Shown here: piece by piece, positions 28,555-37,645 of the stretch | Numbering within the stretch: position 1 is the stretch's first letter | Layout: every line of letters starts with the position of its first letter | Assembly (NCBI GenBank): GCA_918234285.1 | Contig: CAKJXZ020000021.1 | Coordinates: forward strand, 1-64,000 | Reading direction: 5' to 3' | DNA length: 64,000 nucleotides | From: Pseudomonadota bacterium | GTDB lineage: Bacteria > Pseudomonadota > Alphaproteobacteria > RF32 > CAG-239 | The notes under the pieces: model-generated | Databases searched by the model: none | Told to the model about the DNA's origin: nothing | The model's input: the letters and a program-made list of their open reading frames with translations, nothing else | Program-made: the position numbers and the translations under genes

Positions 28555-28556
28555 CG

Positions 28557-29150
28557 TTATAATCCTCTTATTTGAAAAATGTTGGCTGCTCGGTAATCGT
28601 TTCCTTCATCTATGCGCCCGAACAAATTAAATGCGGCGTATGGTGAACCCTTTGATACACTTACCCCAGGGAAAAATACGATTACCGGTTTTTGGATGTA
28701 TGTGTGGAGATTGTTCAAAATTGTATGTGTGCGTAAGAAAGGAAAGATGTTGCCACATCCATTTAAAAACAAAACATCATAATTTCCTTCATTTTGCGCC
28801 ATTTTATCGGCAATAGCCGGAATAACCTTATCTTCTATCCCTAATATTCCTTTTAGTTCTTCCAGTAATTCTTCTTTATTTCTGTCTGGCGACATTACCC
28901 ATTCCCAATCGCCTTGGTCTTTTTGTAAAATTTCTATAATCAAGTCATATAAATCCACGGAAAGAACCTTAATTCCCATATTTCCAAGAGTTTTGATAAG
29001 ATTATTTTCCATTCTCAAAAACTCATTTTCTTCACTGATATCATAGTCTGCAATAAAGATAGGAAGGTCATTACACAAAACTTTACCCGATAAAAAATCA
29101 GGATTTGATATGATTTTTTTAAGATGATTATATTTCTCTTCAATACCCAT
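28557..29150 (-). CDS. brxB: BREX BrxB (DUF1788)
   Basis: FPFLRTHTILNNL...FFPG...YRA; position in the operon. Confidence 0.9.
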   Translation of the reverse strand: MGIEEKYNHLKKIISNPDFLSGKVLCNDLPIFIADYDISEENEFLRMENNLIKTLGNMGIKVLSVDLYDLIIEILQKDQGDWEWVMSPDRNKEELLEELKGILGIEDKVIPAIADKMAQNEGNYDVLFLNGCGNIFPFLRTHTILNNLHTYIQKPVIVFFPGVSVSKGSPYAAFNLFGRIDEGNDYRAANIFQIRGL

Positions 29151-29158
29151 AATTTCTC

Positions 29159-29746
29159 CTAATTTGTAAATATCGCAAGATATTGCGGTGCAAGGTTATT
29201 GATGATTTGTAGGACTCTTTGTGTCGGAATTACGGCCTGAATGAAGTTTTGATTGTTTAGCATACCGACTTCCCGTAACATTTTGAAAAGAACCTGTTTT
29301 AACTTGTATCGGCTTCCGTCCGTTATTTTTTCCAATGAAGGATGTTCAAGCATCTTTTTGTTGTAAAATGCGTCAAAATCATAGTTTTCCAGTTCAAACT
29401 GGCCGATAAAATATTTCTCTTTGATGACTTCTCTGACAAAATCAAATATAAACTTATGCTTCTGACATATTGCAAACCATAAGATTTGTTGCGTTTCGTT
29501 TGGAAAGCCGGAAACTATAAGTTGTAGGGCGTCTTCATTCAGATATGAAAATCTGGCCTTTAGTTCCTGAATAATCCGCTTTGTGGCAACCATTGTTCTA
29601 TATTGAAACATATTATCATTTTGGATATTTTGAGATGCAATTTTCCAATCTTTTGTTTGAAAATACTCATTCGCAAGTATTCTGGACTCATTTTCTAAAA
29701 GCCCTCCAGATGTAAAAGACATATTATAATCGGTCTTTACTTGCAT
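29159..29746 (-). CDS. brxA: BREX BrxA (DUF1819)
   Basis: YNMSFTSGGLL...KLKQVLFKMLREVG; first gene of the operon. Confidence 0.9.
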   Translation of the reverse strand: MQVKTDYNMSFTSGGLLENESRILANEYFQTKDWKIASQNIQNDNMFQYRTMVATKRIIQELKARFSYLNEDALQLIVSGFPNETQQILWFAICQKHKFIFDFVREVIKEKYFIGQFELENYDFDAFYNKKMLEHPSLEKITDGSRYKLKQVLFKMLREVGMLNNQNFIQAVIPTQRVLQIINNLAPQYLAIFTN

Positions 29747-29765
29747 AAATTACCTCAAAGCGTGC

Positions 29766-29925
29766 TAAATCACCATTTAATTGTATCACTTTTTGCATCA
29801 TAAACCCAAAATGCTGAATTGCAACCAAAATCTTTCTGTAATACAACAAAATAAAGTAATTCTGCCACTTTTTGACATATCTACTGGAAATATCTAAAAA
29901 AATGGGTGGGCTAAATGGTGATTTA
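29766..29925. promoter_or_regulatory. Segment bounded by a 14-bp inverted repeat with divergent promoter-like elements; candidate invertible promoter
   Basis: TAAATCACCATTTA (29766-29779) and TAAATGGTGATTTA (29912-29925). Minus strand: TTGCAA-N16-TATGAT and TGaTACAAT. Plus strand: TTGACA-N17-TAAAAA. Confidence 0.6.
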
Positions 29926-29992
29926 ATTGCACTACTCTTTAATCTGATATTTTTTATTCAATCTGATAATAAATAACCAAAAAGGATTGAAT

Positions 29993-30592
29993 ATGATATA
30001 TGGATATGTTCGTGTGAGCACACAGGCTCAAACTGTTGAAAATCAAAAATTTGTGATAGAAAACTATGCGTCAGCCAACGGATTAAAGATTGATAAATGG
30101 GTAGAAGAAACGATTTCTTCCCGTGTAGAACTAAAAAATCGTAAATTAGGTAAACTTATTAAGAAATTAAAAGCGCAAGATATCTTAATTACTACCGAAC
30201 TTTCAAGGGTCGGACGTAATATGTTAGAAGTTATGGGGATTCTTCAAAATTGCTTGGAAAAGGATTGTCAGGTTTGGTGCCTGAAGGAAAAGTATAAACT
30301 CGGTGCAGACATCCAATCAAAAGTGTTGGCGTTTGCTTTTTCGCTCGCAAGTGAGATAGAAAGGCAGTTAATCAGCCAGAGAACAAAGGAAAGTCTTGCT
30401 CGTATTAAGGCTGATGGCAAACATTTAGGTCGTCCGTTTGGTCGCAAAAGTGCATTCCACGACCTGAAAAAGAATAAGGATAAAATACTTTTGCTGGCCG
30501 AGCAGAATGTTCCAAAGGCTCAAATTGCACGAATGTTTAGAGTTGATAGAAGCACAATCAGACGTTTTATACAGCAAAATGCTGCTGCATAA
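29993..30592 (+). CDS. Serine recombinase, Mpi-like DNA invertase family
   Basis: YGYVRVST...ELSRVGRN...DIQSKVLAFAFSLASEIERQLISQRTKE...LGRP; C-terminal HTH. Confidence 0.9.
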   Translation: MIYGYVRVSTQAQTVENQKFVIENYASANGLKIDKWVEETISSRVELKNRKLGKLIKKLKAQDILITTELSRVGRNMLEVMGILQNCLEKDCQVWCLKEKYKLGADIQSKVLAFAFSLASEIERQLISQRTKESLARIKADGKHLGRPFGRKSAFHDLKKNKDKILLLAEQNVPKAQIARMFRVDRSTIRRFIQQNAAA

Positions 30593-30595
30593 TAA

Positions 30596-31099
30596 TTAGT
30601 CTTGTTTTTCCGCCAGTTCAATCACTTTAACGCCTTTACCTTTGGCGGCTTTACAGAACTCATAGGCTTTGCCTTCACGTTTGTTATAGGCTATTATAAA
30701 GTTTGTATTCTCTATGATATAGCGGTTCCGATATACGATACACAGCCTTTTGTAGCCAAGTTCACATTTTGGCGGTAAAATAAAGTCATCAAAACCACGG
30801 CGTATAGTCCAATTTTCCCGATAAATGCCACCCATTTCGTGCAGGTCTGTCATCTGCGAAATTACCAAATAAATGCGAATTTGCGGATATTCCTTCTGAA
30901 CATCTAAAACAACATCGTAAGCATCAATTTCATAGCCGCCTTTCTCGCCGACCAGAAAAGTATCAACATCTTCATTTTCTATCAAGTTGATTACTTCTTC
31001 CCTTATGCGTGCTTTAAGGTTAGGCGGCGTGCGATGCCCCAAGTTAATATCCAGAAATTTATCGTAGTTATTGCCTAAAAACGCACAGGTCTTACCCAT
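30596..31099 (-). CDS. SLOG superfamily (YspA/DUF1273-like) protein
   Basis: KTCAFLG...GHR...FLVGEKGGYE...RNRYIIENTNFIIAY...GVKVIEL. Confidence 0.7.
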   Translation of the reverse strand: MGKTCAFLGNNYDKFLDINLGHRTPPNLKARIREEVINLIENEDVDTFLVGEKGGYEIDAYDVVLDVQKEYPQIRIYLVISQMTDLHEMGGIYRENWTIRRGFDDFILPPKCELGYKRLCIVYRNRYIIENTNFIIAYNKREGKAYEFCKAAKGKGVKVIELAEKQD

Positions 31100-31381
31100 C
31101 TTCAACTTCCTACAAATTATTTTGGAATCATCTGAACACAAATGAACGATTGTGTTCATTTGGCTTTGGCACCGATGAAGTCCGATTATTTTACGTCTGT
31201 AAACCCGTTGAAACTCCTTATGTTTCTTATGTTACATCAATAATATAACCATAAATCGGTGCAAAACAATTCCGGTGAAAATACGCAAAAAAGTGATTGA
31301 TTTTATCGTTGGTTAAAAAAGCACAGTTTTTTGAAGGTAAATCTTTGATTTCTCCTGATAAATATTCAAAAAGGAGAAAAT

Positions 31382-31981
31382 ATGATTATCGCTTATATTC
31401 GCTGCAGCACCCAAAAACAGCAAACTTCGCACCAAAGGCACGAAATTCAAGAATACACCGATAAAAACGGGCTTGTGATTGACCGTTGGGTGGAGGAAAC
31501 CATATCGTCCCGAAAGTCGCTCAAAAAGCGTAAACTCGGGGCGTTGCTTGAGGAACTGGATGAAAACTGTGTACTGATTGCCACCGAGATTTCACGGCTT
31601 GGGCGCTCGTTGTTGGAGGTTATGGGGATTTTGGAGACTTGCTTATCCAAGAATTGCCGAGTGATTACGATTAAAGAAAACTACCACCTCGGCAATGATA
31701 TTCAATCGCAGGTGTTGGCATTTGCTTTCGGCTTGTCGGCGCAGATTGAGCGCAATTTGATTTCACAGCGCACAAAATCTTCTTTAGATAATCGGAGGGC
31801 TGCTGGTGTCCGTCTCGGTCGTCCGATAGGTGCTGAGGCGAAAAAGCTCAAGCTGGCCAAGAATGCCAAGAAGATTGAGGAGTTGCTGGCCAAGGGGCTT
31901 AAAAAGGCACAAATTGCACGCATTCTAGGTGTGCAGCGTATGACACTCAATCGTTTTCTAAAACGCTCTGGTTTGGGGTAA
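31382..31981 (+). CDS. Second Mpi-like serine recombinase
   Basis: IAYIRCST...EISRLGRS...DIQSQVLAFAFGLSAQIERNLISQRTK...LGRP. Confidence 0.9.
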   Translation: MIIAYIRCSTQKQQTSHQRHEIQEYTDKNGLVIDRWVEETISSRKSLKKRKLGALLEELDENCVLIATEISRLGRSLLEVMGILETCLSKNCRVITIKENYHLGNDIQSQVLAFAFGLSAQIERNLISQRTKSSLDNRRAAGVRLGRPIGAEAKKLKLAKNAKKIEELLAKGLKKAQIARILGVQRMTLNRFLKRSGLG

Positions 31982-31986
31982 GGTTT

Positions 31987-32502
31987 CTATTCGTCTCTTA
32001 TAGATGTGTCTAGAAATAATCGTTTACTATATTTCCAATATATGCAGTATGCTATTATTGGCGCAATCACAAATGCAAAACCTATTGAAAAGATGAGTAA
32101 TGTGCTATTCCATGAATATTTAATGTTAATATGCATTATAGGAATAAAAATTAGGCACAATACTAACTCTAGGTAGGCAAACCCTAAAAAAGCATTTATT
32201 GACATTTTTAACAAATGAATAAAAATAGTTCTAAAAGAGTATTTTTTCTTTGGAATTTCAGGTACATTTATACTGGTATTATTAGTTGTATTTTCCTTAC
32301 TAATATCAATTGTTTCATCATATTTATTTCTTTTATTCTTATCTAATAAAATCTCATATGCCTGCGATATTTGTTTGAATTTTTCTTCAGTTTGCGGATT
32401 AATATCGGGATGATATTTTTTTGCCAAGCGACGATAAGCCCGTTTTATTTCAGAATTTGAAGCATTATATGAAACCTCAAGTATATCGTAGTAATTACTC
32501 AT
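31987..32502 (-). CDS. J-domain protein with two C-terminal transmembrane helices
   Basis: NYYDILEV...[14 protein letters not shown]...YD. Confidence 0.85.
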   Translation of the reverse strand: MSNYYDILEVSYNASNSEIKRAYRRLAKKYHPDINPQTEEKFKQISQAYEILLDKNKRNKYDETIDISKENTTNNTSINVPEIPKKKYSFRTIFIHLLKMSINAFLGFAYLELVLCLIFIPIMHINIKYSWNSTLLIFSIGFAFVIAPIIAYCIYWKYSKRLFLDTSIRDE

Positions 32503-32696
32503 ATGAAATCAAACCTTTTATTAGATTACCCTACAAAGTAATATCCTATAAATCTAAATATTAAATTAACCTGCTAAAATTCAATTTTTTCTAATCAGCA
32601 CCCTGCACTTTTAACACTTTGTAACACTTGTTAGCCAAATCTTTAACATTTGGGATTACCATTCAAAAAATAGGACAATTATACAAGAGGCGGCTA

Positions 32697-33839
32697 ATGA
32701 CACATTTCGACAGCTATAATCGTTTTTTTGTGGATAGTGAAACCCAAAATTGGGTATTGAACGATGCGACCAATGAATATGCGCCGTTTGATTATGACTT
32801 TGAGGAAGATATTTTACCCCATATCATAAACAGTTTTACGGAAGAACGTGTCCAAGCCAAACGCAAGCTAGAAAACATCAAACTGTTCCGGCATGGTGCC
32901 GGTATTGCTATACTGTTTCGGAATTTCGATTTTACCAAAACAGACGGATTAGATAAGTTGTGCCATATTAACGCTTTTGAATACTTAAGCGGAATGGTGT
33001 TTATAGGGTGTCGAATGGGCGGAACCATTATAGATACGCCGCAACACGGCATTGTTTTCTATGATTGTGTATTTGACGAACGATTTATGATTGATATTCG
33101 AGATAAACAAGAATACGGCGGCTCCGGTATAGAGTTCGATAAATGCGTCTTCAATGATGAAATAAGCTTTCAAGACATAAGTATTGATGCATCTGTGGCT
33201 ATAAATGAATGCCTGTTTAATGACCATAGCGTTTGGAAGATGGAATACTTTGCCAATGATGTCAGAAACAGACCGGGAGGAACTTTATATACTTTGCGGG
33301 TGAAAAACTGCATTTTCAAAGGTGAAGTGAATTTTTACAGAGCCCACATTCCGGAAAGAAGCGTTTTTGATACATTGACGTTTTATAAAGACATAAATTT
33401 TGCCGAAGCAACCTTGGGTGAAAAGATAACGTTCCATAATTTATGTTTTACCCCGTTAATCAGCAAAACTATGAAGAACGGATTTAAGACATTTATTGAT
33501 GCTTTGACGGCTGGCGGCTATAAGAAGGAAGCCAAGTTTTATGAAACGCATTATGGCGATACCGAAGCCAAGAAGGTTGATAAGACCGAGTATGATATTG
33601 CGGTTGAGTCGGGTTGGCTGAACATTAAGCAGGCAGCTTTATTCTTGGGCGTTAAATACAGTTCGCTTCTTGATATGCGTAAAGACGATAAGATTTTAGG
33701 CGTGCAGCGCATTCCGTTTGTCGGTGAAGGTAAGAACAGCCGCTATTATGTTCCGCTTCTGCAAGCCTATAAAAACAAGGATATGAAGAAGGTTGCGGAA
33801 CTTGAAAAAGAGATGCACCAAAAAGAAAATGAAATCTAA
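32697..33839 (+). CDS. Pentapeptide-like repeat protein with a C-terminal excisionase-type HTH
   Basis: Repeated F..C.F motifs; WLNIKQAALFLGVKYSSL...RIPFVGEGKNSRYY. Confidence 0.65.
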   Translation: MTHFDSYNRFFVDSETQNWVLNDATNEYAPFDYDFEEDILPHIINSFTEERVQAKRKLENIKLFRHGAGIAILFRNFDFTKTDGLDKLCHINAFEYLSGMVFIGCRMGGTIIDTPQHGIVFYDCVFDERFMIDIRDKQEYGGSGIEFDKCVFNDEISFQDISIDASVAINECLFNDHSVWKMEYFANDVRNRPGGTLYTLRVKNCIFKGEVNFYRAHIPERSVFDTLTFYKDINFAEATLGEKITFHNLCFTPLISKTMKNGFKTFIDALTAGGYKKEAKFYETHYGDTEAKKVDKTEYDIAVESGWLNIKQAALFLGVKYSSLLDMRKDDKILGVQRIPFVGEGKNSRYYVPLLQAYKNKDMKKVAELEKEMHQKENEI

Positions 33840-33871
33840 AAAAACAAATCAAAATTTTCCGATTCTCATGC

Positions 33872-33907
33872 AAAATGCTGTCATTTTTAACCAAATGACG
33901 GCATTTT
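33872..33907 (+). terminator. Intrinsic terminator
   Basis: AAAATGCTGTCATTT...AAATGACGGCATTTT. Confidence 0.7.
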
Positions 33908-33930
33908 TTAACATCTGCCGAAATAAAAAT

Positions 33931-33970
33931 ACCTAGCTACACCTACACACACCTATCTATACCTATTTAA
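33931..33970 (+). repeat. Four ACCTA direct repeats at exact 10-bp spacing
   Basis: ACCTAGCTAC ACCTACACAC ACCTATCTAT ACCTATTTAA. Confidence 0.7.
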
Positions 33971-34006
33971 AATGACCTTTTAAGAAAATAGCGCAAAAAC
34001 AAACGC

Positions 34007-34036
34007 TTGACTTTGCCTGAGGAATATTTCCATAAT
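34007..34036 (+). promoter_or_regulatory. Sigma70-like promoter
   Basis: TTGACT-N18-CATAAT upstream of a run of small genes. Confidence 0.55.
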
Positions 34037-34091
34037 GTAAATGTAAGGTGAACAACCTATCAATTTAACCATTAACGAAAGGAAGACTAAA

Positions 34092-34199
34092 ATGAGAAAA
34101 ATTTATCACAAAATATGTCTTCAATGGAAATTGTTCCGCTTGAAGCAACAAGTTTCCAAAATGGAGCAACATATTTGGATGGCACGCTTGGCGCACTAA
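34092..34199 (+). CDS. 35-aa basic peptide
   Basis: MRKIYHKICLQWKLFRLKQQVSKMEQHIWMARLAH with a GAAAGGA ribosome-binding site. Confidence 0.55.
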   Translation: MRKIYHKICLQWKLFRLKQQVSKMEQHIWMARLAH

Positions 34200-34331
34200 T
34201 CGCTAACCGTTCCGATTAACCCCTAACAACAACCGATTTAACCATTGGTTTAGCAGATGATATCTGCAATTCCGATAACAGAATTATTGTGCTTTTTTTT
34301 AACATTAACTTTATTTAAGAAAGGAAACAAA

Positions 34332-34742
34332 ATGACAAGTAAAACGTACAGTCAAGTATATATAATCAATCCGATAAACGGAAATGCGATAGATAAAAAT
34401 ATTCTGCGAAACGGACACGAACCATCAAAGGCATATACATTCATTCCTATAATGGAACTAGTTACCGATGGTGAACAAATTATCAGAAGTGAATATAAAT
34501 TTCATGCATATGATGGAACGTTAAACAACTATGATGTCCCAATAGGGTTTGACTTTAGTAACAGAATAAGTATGGCTTTTGATGAATTATCAAAAAAAGC
34601 AATATTTGCGGAATTAGCAGTTTTTTGTGATGTCAATCCCATTCAATTCGTATGCTCTTGCGAATGTCAGAAAGAGGCAATAATAAAAGCATTTTCTGGC
34701 TATGAGGACTTTGACGCAGAAAAATCATTTATTAATCTCTAA
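34332..34742 (+). CDS. Hypothetical protein
   Basis: GAAAGGA ribosome-binding site before MTSKTY. Confidence 0.65.
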   Translation: MTSKTYSQVYIINPINGNAIDKNILRNGHEPSKAYTFIPIMELVTDGEQIIRSEYKFHAYDGTLNNYDVPIGFDFSNRISMAFDELSKKAIFAELAVFCDVNPIQFVCSCECQKEAIIKAFSGYEDFDAEKSFINL

Positions 34743-34766
34743 CTATACTTTGAAAGGAAACTTAAA

Positions 34767-35315
34767 ATGAAAAACGCATTAGCAAAATTTAACGCAGTCA
34801 AGATTGAAACATATCAAGATGAAGGAAAACTCAACTACGATACTTGCAAAAAACGCATTTTGAATCTTTTGGATGAAAATATGCGCAACTTCAAGAAAGA
34901 TAGTTGGAATAAACAAAATCGTATGAACAAGTTGATTGTTGATACCGATAGCCAATCAATCTTTACGCTCCGTCTCGGTGGCAAGAGAATTGCCCGTTAT
35001 GCTCTTTCGTTATTAGATACAAATGAGAAATTGAACTTCTTGTCGGATATCTATACCGAAGTGGTCAATGGCGAATTTGATGAAGAAATCACGCAGTTCT
35101 TGGGTGAAGAAGTTAAAAAAGCCGAAGCACGTAAGAAAGTCAATAGTGCAAAACGCCGTGAAAAGAAACGTCAGCAACGTGAAGCAGCGGCAGCCGAAAA
35201 GAAAGCAGCGGAAATCCGCACTTATAAAGCCGCTAAAGGAATGGTTGATGATGTCGTTCACGAGGTTCTGATGGAACAAGTTACTTCCGAAACACCGAGA
35301 TATATGCAAGTATAA
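34767..35315 (+). CDS. Hypothetical protein with a basic coiled-coil
   Basis: GAAAGGA ribosome-binding site; KRREKKRQQREAAAAEKK. Confidence 0.75.
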   Translation: MKNALAKFNAVKIETYQDEGKLNYDTCKKRILNLLDENMRNFKKDSWNKQNRMNKLIVDTDSQSIFTLRLGGKRIARYALSLLDTNEKLNFLSDIYTEVVNGEFDEEITQFLGEEVKKAEARKKVNSAKRREKKRQQREAAAAEKKAAEIRTYKAAKGMVDDVVHEVLMEQVTSETPRYMQV

Positions 35316-35389
35316 TCTTCGGGCTCACACAACACAAAGGAGGCTCTTTAGCCTCCTTTACTCTAAAACATTTTGAAAGGAATAAAAAA

Positions 35390-35809
35390 ATGGTACATTC
35401 TTTACTAATTGCTCGTGTTAAAGATTTTCCTGATGCTTATTACCTGCAACGTTCTTTGTCATTTCCTTACGATGACGAAAGCATTGGGGAATTCGGTAGA
35501 TGGGTAAAGACTGACATGAACATGCATGAGGAAAATGCAGAATATTATCATTTTGAGTTACCAGATAAAAATGGTGATGTCTGGGATAAAATATCTGCAG
35601 TTTATGATTATTGTATATTAGGCGGCAGATGGGCTGATAAAGAACACCCTTGTGTTGATACATACAAAAACATTCTCAACCGTTATCCGGATGACGATGA
35701 AAGTTACTCTATAATGGTTGATTTCCAGCATGAAAGAATATCTTATCCCAAACAAGAAGGTCTTTGGGATGATGATGACCTTGTGTATGTTATGGATACA
35801 CACCGCTAA
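35390..35809 (+). CDS. Acidic hypothetical protein
   Basis: GAAAGGA ribosome-binding site; DYCILGGRW motif; flanked by near-identical hairpins. Confidence 0.7.
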   Translation: MVHSLLIARVKDFPDAYYLQRSLSFPYDDESIGEFGRWVKTDMNMHEENAEYYHFELPDKNGDVWDKISAVYDYCILGGRWADKEHPCVDTYKNILNRYPDDDESYSIMVDFQHERISYPKQEGLWDDDDLVYVMDTHR

Positions 35810-35870
35810 AAGAAGGAGGCCTTGTGGCCTCCTTTACTTTTTTGCAAAAGTAGACATTCGGTCCCAAAGT

Positions 35871-37100
35871 TTATGAAATTTGTTTTATTCTGTTTTCTAT
35901 CAATGCCTTTATTTGAGCAACAATCTCTGTTTTGATACCGTTTCCGGCAAATTGCTTATCAAGTTCCGGTAATGCCGCTGTTATTTTGGTGCTCATTTCA
36001 TCAATAATCTTTTCCACCATTGTCGGCTTAATTTCCAAATCTTTTGCCATGGCAATAAAATGACTGCGATGAATTAAATTCGGATTGTATTCACCTCCGA
36101 CAGACATTGCCAAATTCGGCGAAAGCACTGTATAAACCTGCGTTGATACCAAATCATACAACGGCGAAAGTTCATATTTGCCGCCACGATGCAGAAAAGA
36201 AAAATTCTTGCCGTGAGCATCGGAATTACCGATAATGAAGTTAAACACTATGGTTTTCAAAAAATTCATTAAAGCATCGGCCTTGCGATTAAAGTCAGCC
36301 GCAGCAATAAACTTATAGCATTGCTTAATGCTCGGCCCGCCTTCCTTTTGGTATTTTTTATCCGGCATACACAACGCTTGGCAAAAATCCTCTTGATGAA
36401 CACGTCTTAAGCCCGAGGCCATTGTGCTATCTGTTTCACGGTCAAAGCGTTTCACCACATATCCGAATTCTCCGGCAAAATTCTTTATAAATGAGTGAGC
36501 TGTCGGCAATCCGATAAGTTTTGCAAGTGACATACAAAAATGCTCATTGTAAATAATGTCCTCAAAATACGGATTTTGCGGCTTGATAATATGCGTTGAA
36601 ATGTAAGAACCTTGCGGAAGGTAATAGTTATCCGAGTTTTCCGGCAGAATAGCCAAAGCAATTTTTTGCTGAGCACCGGCCAGAGATAAACGGATTTCCT
36701 CTCCGACCAACAAAGGTATCTGTGCCTGATTTTTCAACAGTTCCGCTATTTTTTCTTCACTAATCGGCGTTAATACCGACGGCTCGTCTTCTCTTTTTGC
36801 GCCTTGAGGATATAGTTCAACCGCACCGGCACACTCGCCGCCGATTTCCTTTAAGAGCGCAAACGGATTGTTTGAAGACACCTGCTTATAGCGAGCAACC
36901 GCTTCACGAATACCTTCTTCAGGCAACAAATTGTTGAAGAAACTGCGTGTAAGCTTATCGTTAAAAGCTTCTTTTTGTAACGGCAAATTGACCGATAAAG
37001 GTGTATCGGCATCCTCATTATACTTGAAACTCAAGCGAGAATTCTTTTCCGTCAGTGTTCCAATCTTTTTACCATAGAAATATACATCCAATGCCGGCAT
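35871..37100 (-). CDS. hipA: HipA family toxin kinase
   Basis: FFNNLLPE, LSLAGAQQK, HIIKP, RFDR, HQEDFCQAL, IGNSDAHGKNFS and LSPLYD. Confidence 0.95.
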   Translation of the reverse strand: MPALDVYFYGKKIGTLTEKNSRLSFKYNEDADTPLSVNLPLQKEAFNDKLTRSFFNNLLPEEGIREAVARYKQVSSNNPFALLKEIGGECAGAVELYPQGAKREDEPSVLTPISEEKIAELLKNQAQIPLLVGEEIRLSLAGAQQKIALAILPENSDNYYLPQGSYISTHIIKPQNPYFEDIIYNEHFCMSLAKLIGLPTAHSFIKNFAGEFGYVVKRFDRETDSTMASGLRRVHQEDFCQALCMPDKKYQKEGGPSIKQCYKFIAAADFNRKADALMNFLKTIVFNFIIGNSDAHGKNFSFLHRGGKYELSPLYDLVSTQVYTVLSPNLAMSVGGEYNPNLIHRSHFIAMAKDLEIKPTMVEKIIDEMSTKITAALPELDKQFAGNGIKTEIVAQIKALIENRIKQIS

Positions 37101-37104
37101 TTCC

Positions 37105-37311
37105 TTATTCCTTTATCTCTAAATTAATGCCCAAAACATCCAAAACCTTTAGCACTTTACCGATTTGGCAAGTTTCTTTACCTGCTTCAACATCCACGAT
37201 AAAACGTAAGCCGACATTGCACAATCCGGCAAGTTCGGTTTGTGTTAAGTTTTGCTTTTTCCGCTCGGTTTTAATCAGAATGGCAATATCTTTTGTTGTC
37301 TTAATCTTCAT
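37105..37311 (-). CDS. hipB: HipB-like HTH antitoxin
   Basis: RKKQNLTQTELAGLCNVGLRFIVDVEAGK; directly upstream of hipA. Confidence 0.9.
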   Translation of the reverse strand: MKIKTTKDIAILIKTERKKQNLTQTELAGLCNVGLRFIVDVEAGKETCQIGKVLKVLDVLGINLEIKE

Positions 37312-37312
37312 T

Positions 37313-37430
37313 TTTTACCTCTCGGTAAAATTATAACATATTAAAAATTAAAATCAAGTAAATTTTACCGAAAGGGAAAATATTTTTTAATTTTGTTGCA
37401 AATGTGCTCAAATATTACCGATGGGTAAAA
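37313..37430. promoter_or_regulatory. Three putative HipB operators at exact 50-bp spacing
   Basis: TTTTACC-TCTC-GGTAAAA (37313), TTTTACC-GAAA-GGGAAAA (37363) and TATTACC-GATG-GGTAAAA (37413). Confidence 0.75.
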
Positions 37431-37524
37431 TTTGTTGCAAACTCCATGAAATGTGTTAAATTACCTAAAAATTAATTTGACTTTTCGGTACAATTTTGTA
37501 TGCTGTCTTTAAGTTGCAGATGGG

Positions 37525-37547
37525 TGTGACACAATAATGTGACACAA
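37525..37547 (+). repeat. TGTGACACAA direct repeat pair; possible integrase arm sites
   Basis: Copies at 37525 and 37538, about 75 bp from the att core. Confidence 0.45.
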
Positions 37548-37620
37548 AGTGTTGCCATACCTCCGCCCATGAGAAAATATTTTTGAAAATACAGAGGTTT
37601 AAGGGGTTGACAAAAACGCT

Positions 37621-37637
37621 TCCAGCCGCCCCAGCCA
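37621..37637 (+). other. attR core: duplicated 3' end of tRNA-Gln
   Basis: TCCAGC-CGCCCCA-G-CCA is the T-arm 3' strand, acceptor strand, discriminator and CCA. No tRNA 5' half lies upstream. Confidence 0.8.
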
Positions 37638-37645
37638 GACTTAAC

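Larger units (their letters stand above)
1..37637. mobile_element. Integrative genomic/defence island inserted at tRNA-Gln; left end lies outside the window
   Basis: Ends in a tRNA-Gln 3'-end duplicate followed by a terminator. Contains recombinases, iterons with a Rep-like gene, BREX and hipBA, and is visibly more AT-rich than 51-63 kb. The left boundary is not visible. Confidence 0.75.

Noticed and set aside
15000-31366. Shared CCTGATAAATAT upstream of 15041 and 31382 as a phage late-promoter (TATAAATA-like) signal
   Set aside because: Only two good copies in AT-rich DNA, and no phage sigma factor is seen.
1912-37311. Prophage or conjugative ICE
   Set aside because: No recognisable capsid, terminase, tail, relaxase or T4SS genes in the window. 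They could lie further left.
37560-37637. Complete tRNA gene
   Set aside because: Only the last 17 nt match. The upstream sequence shows no D-arm or anticodon arm.
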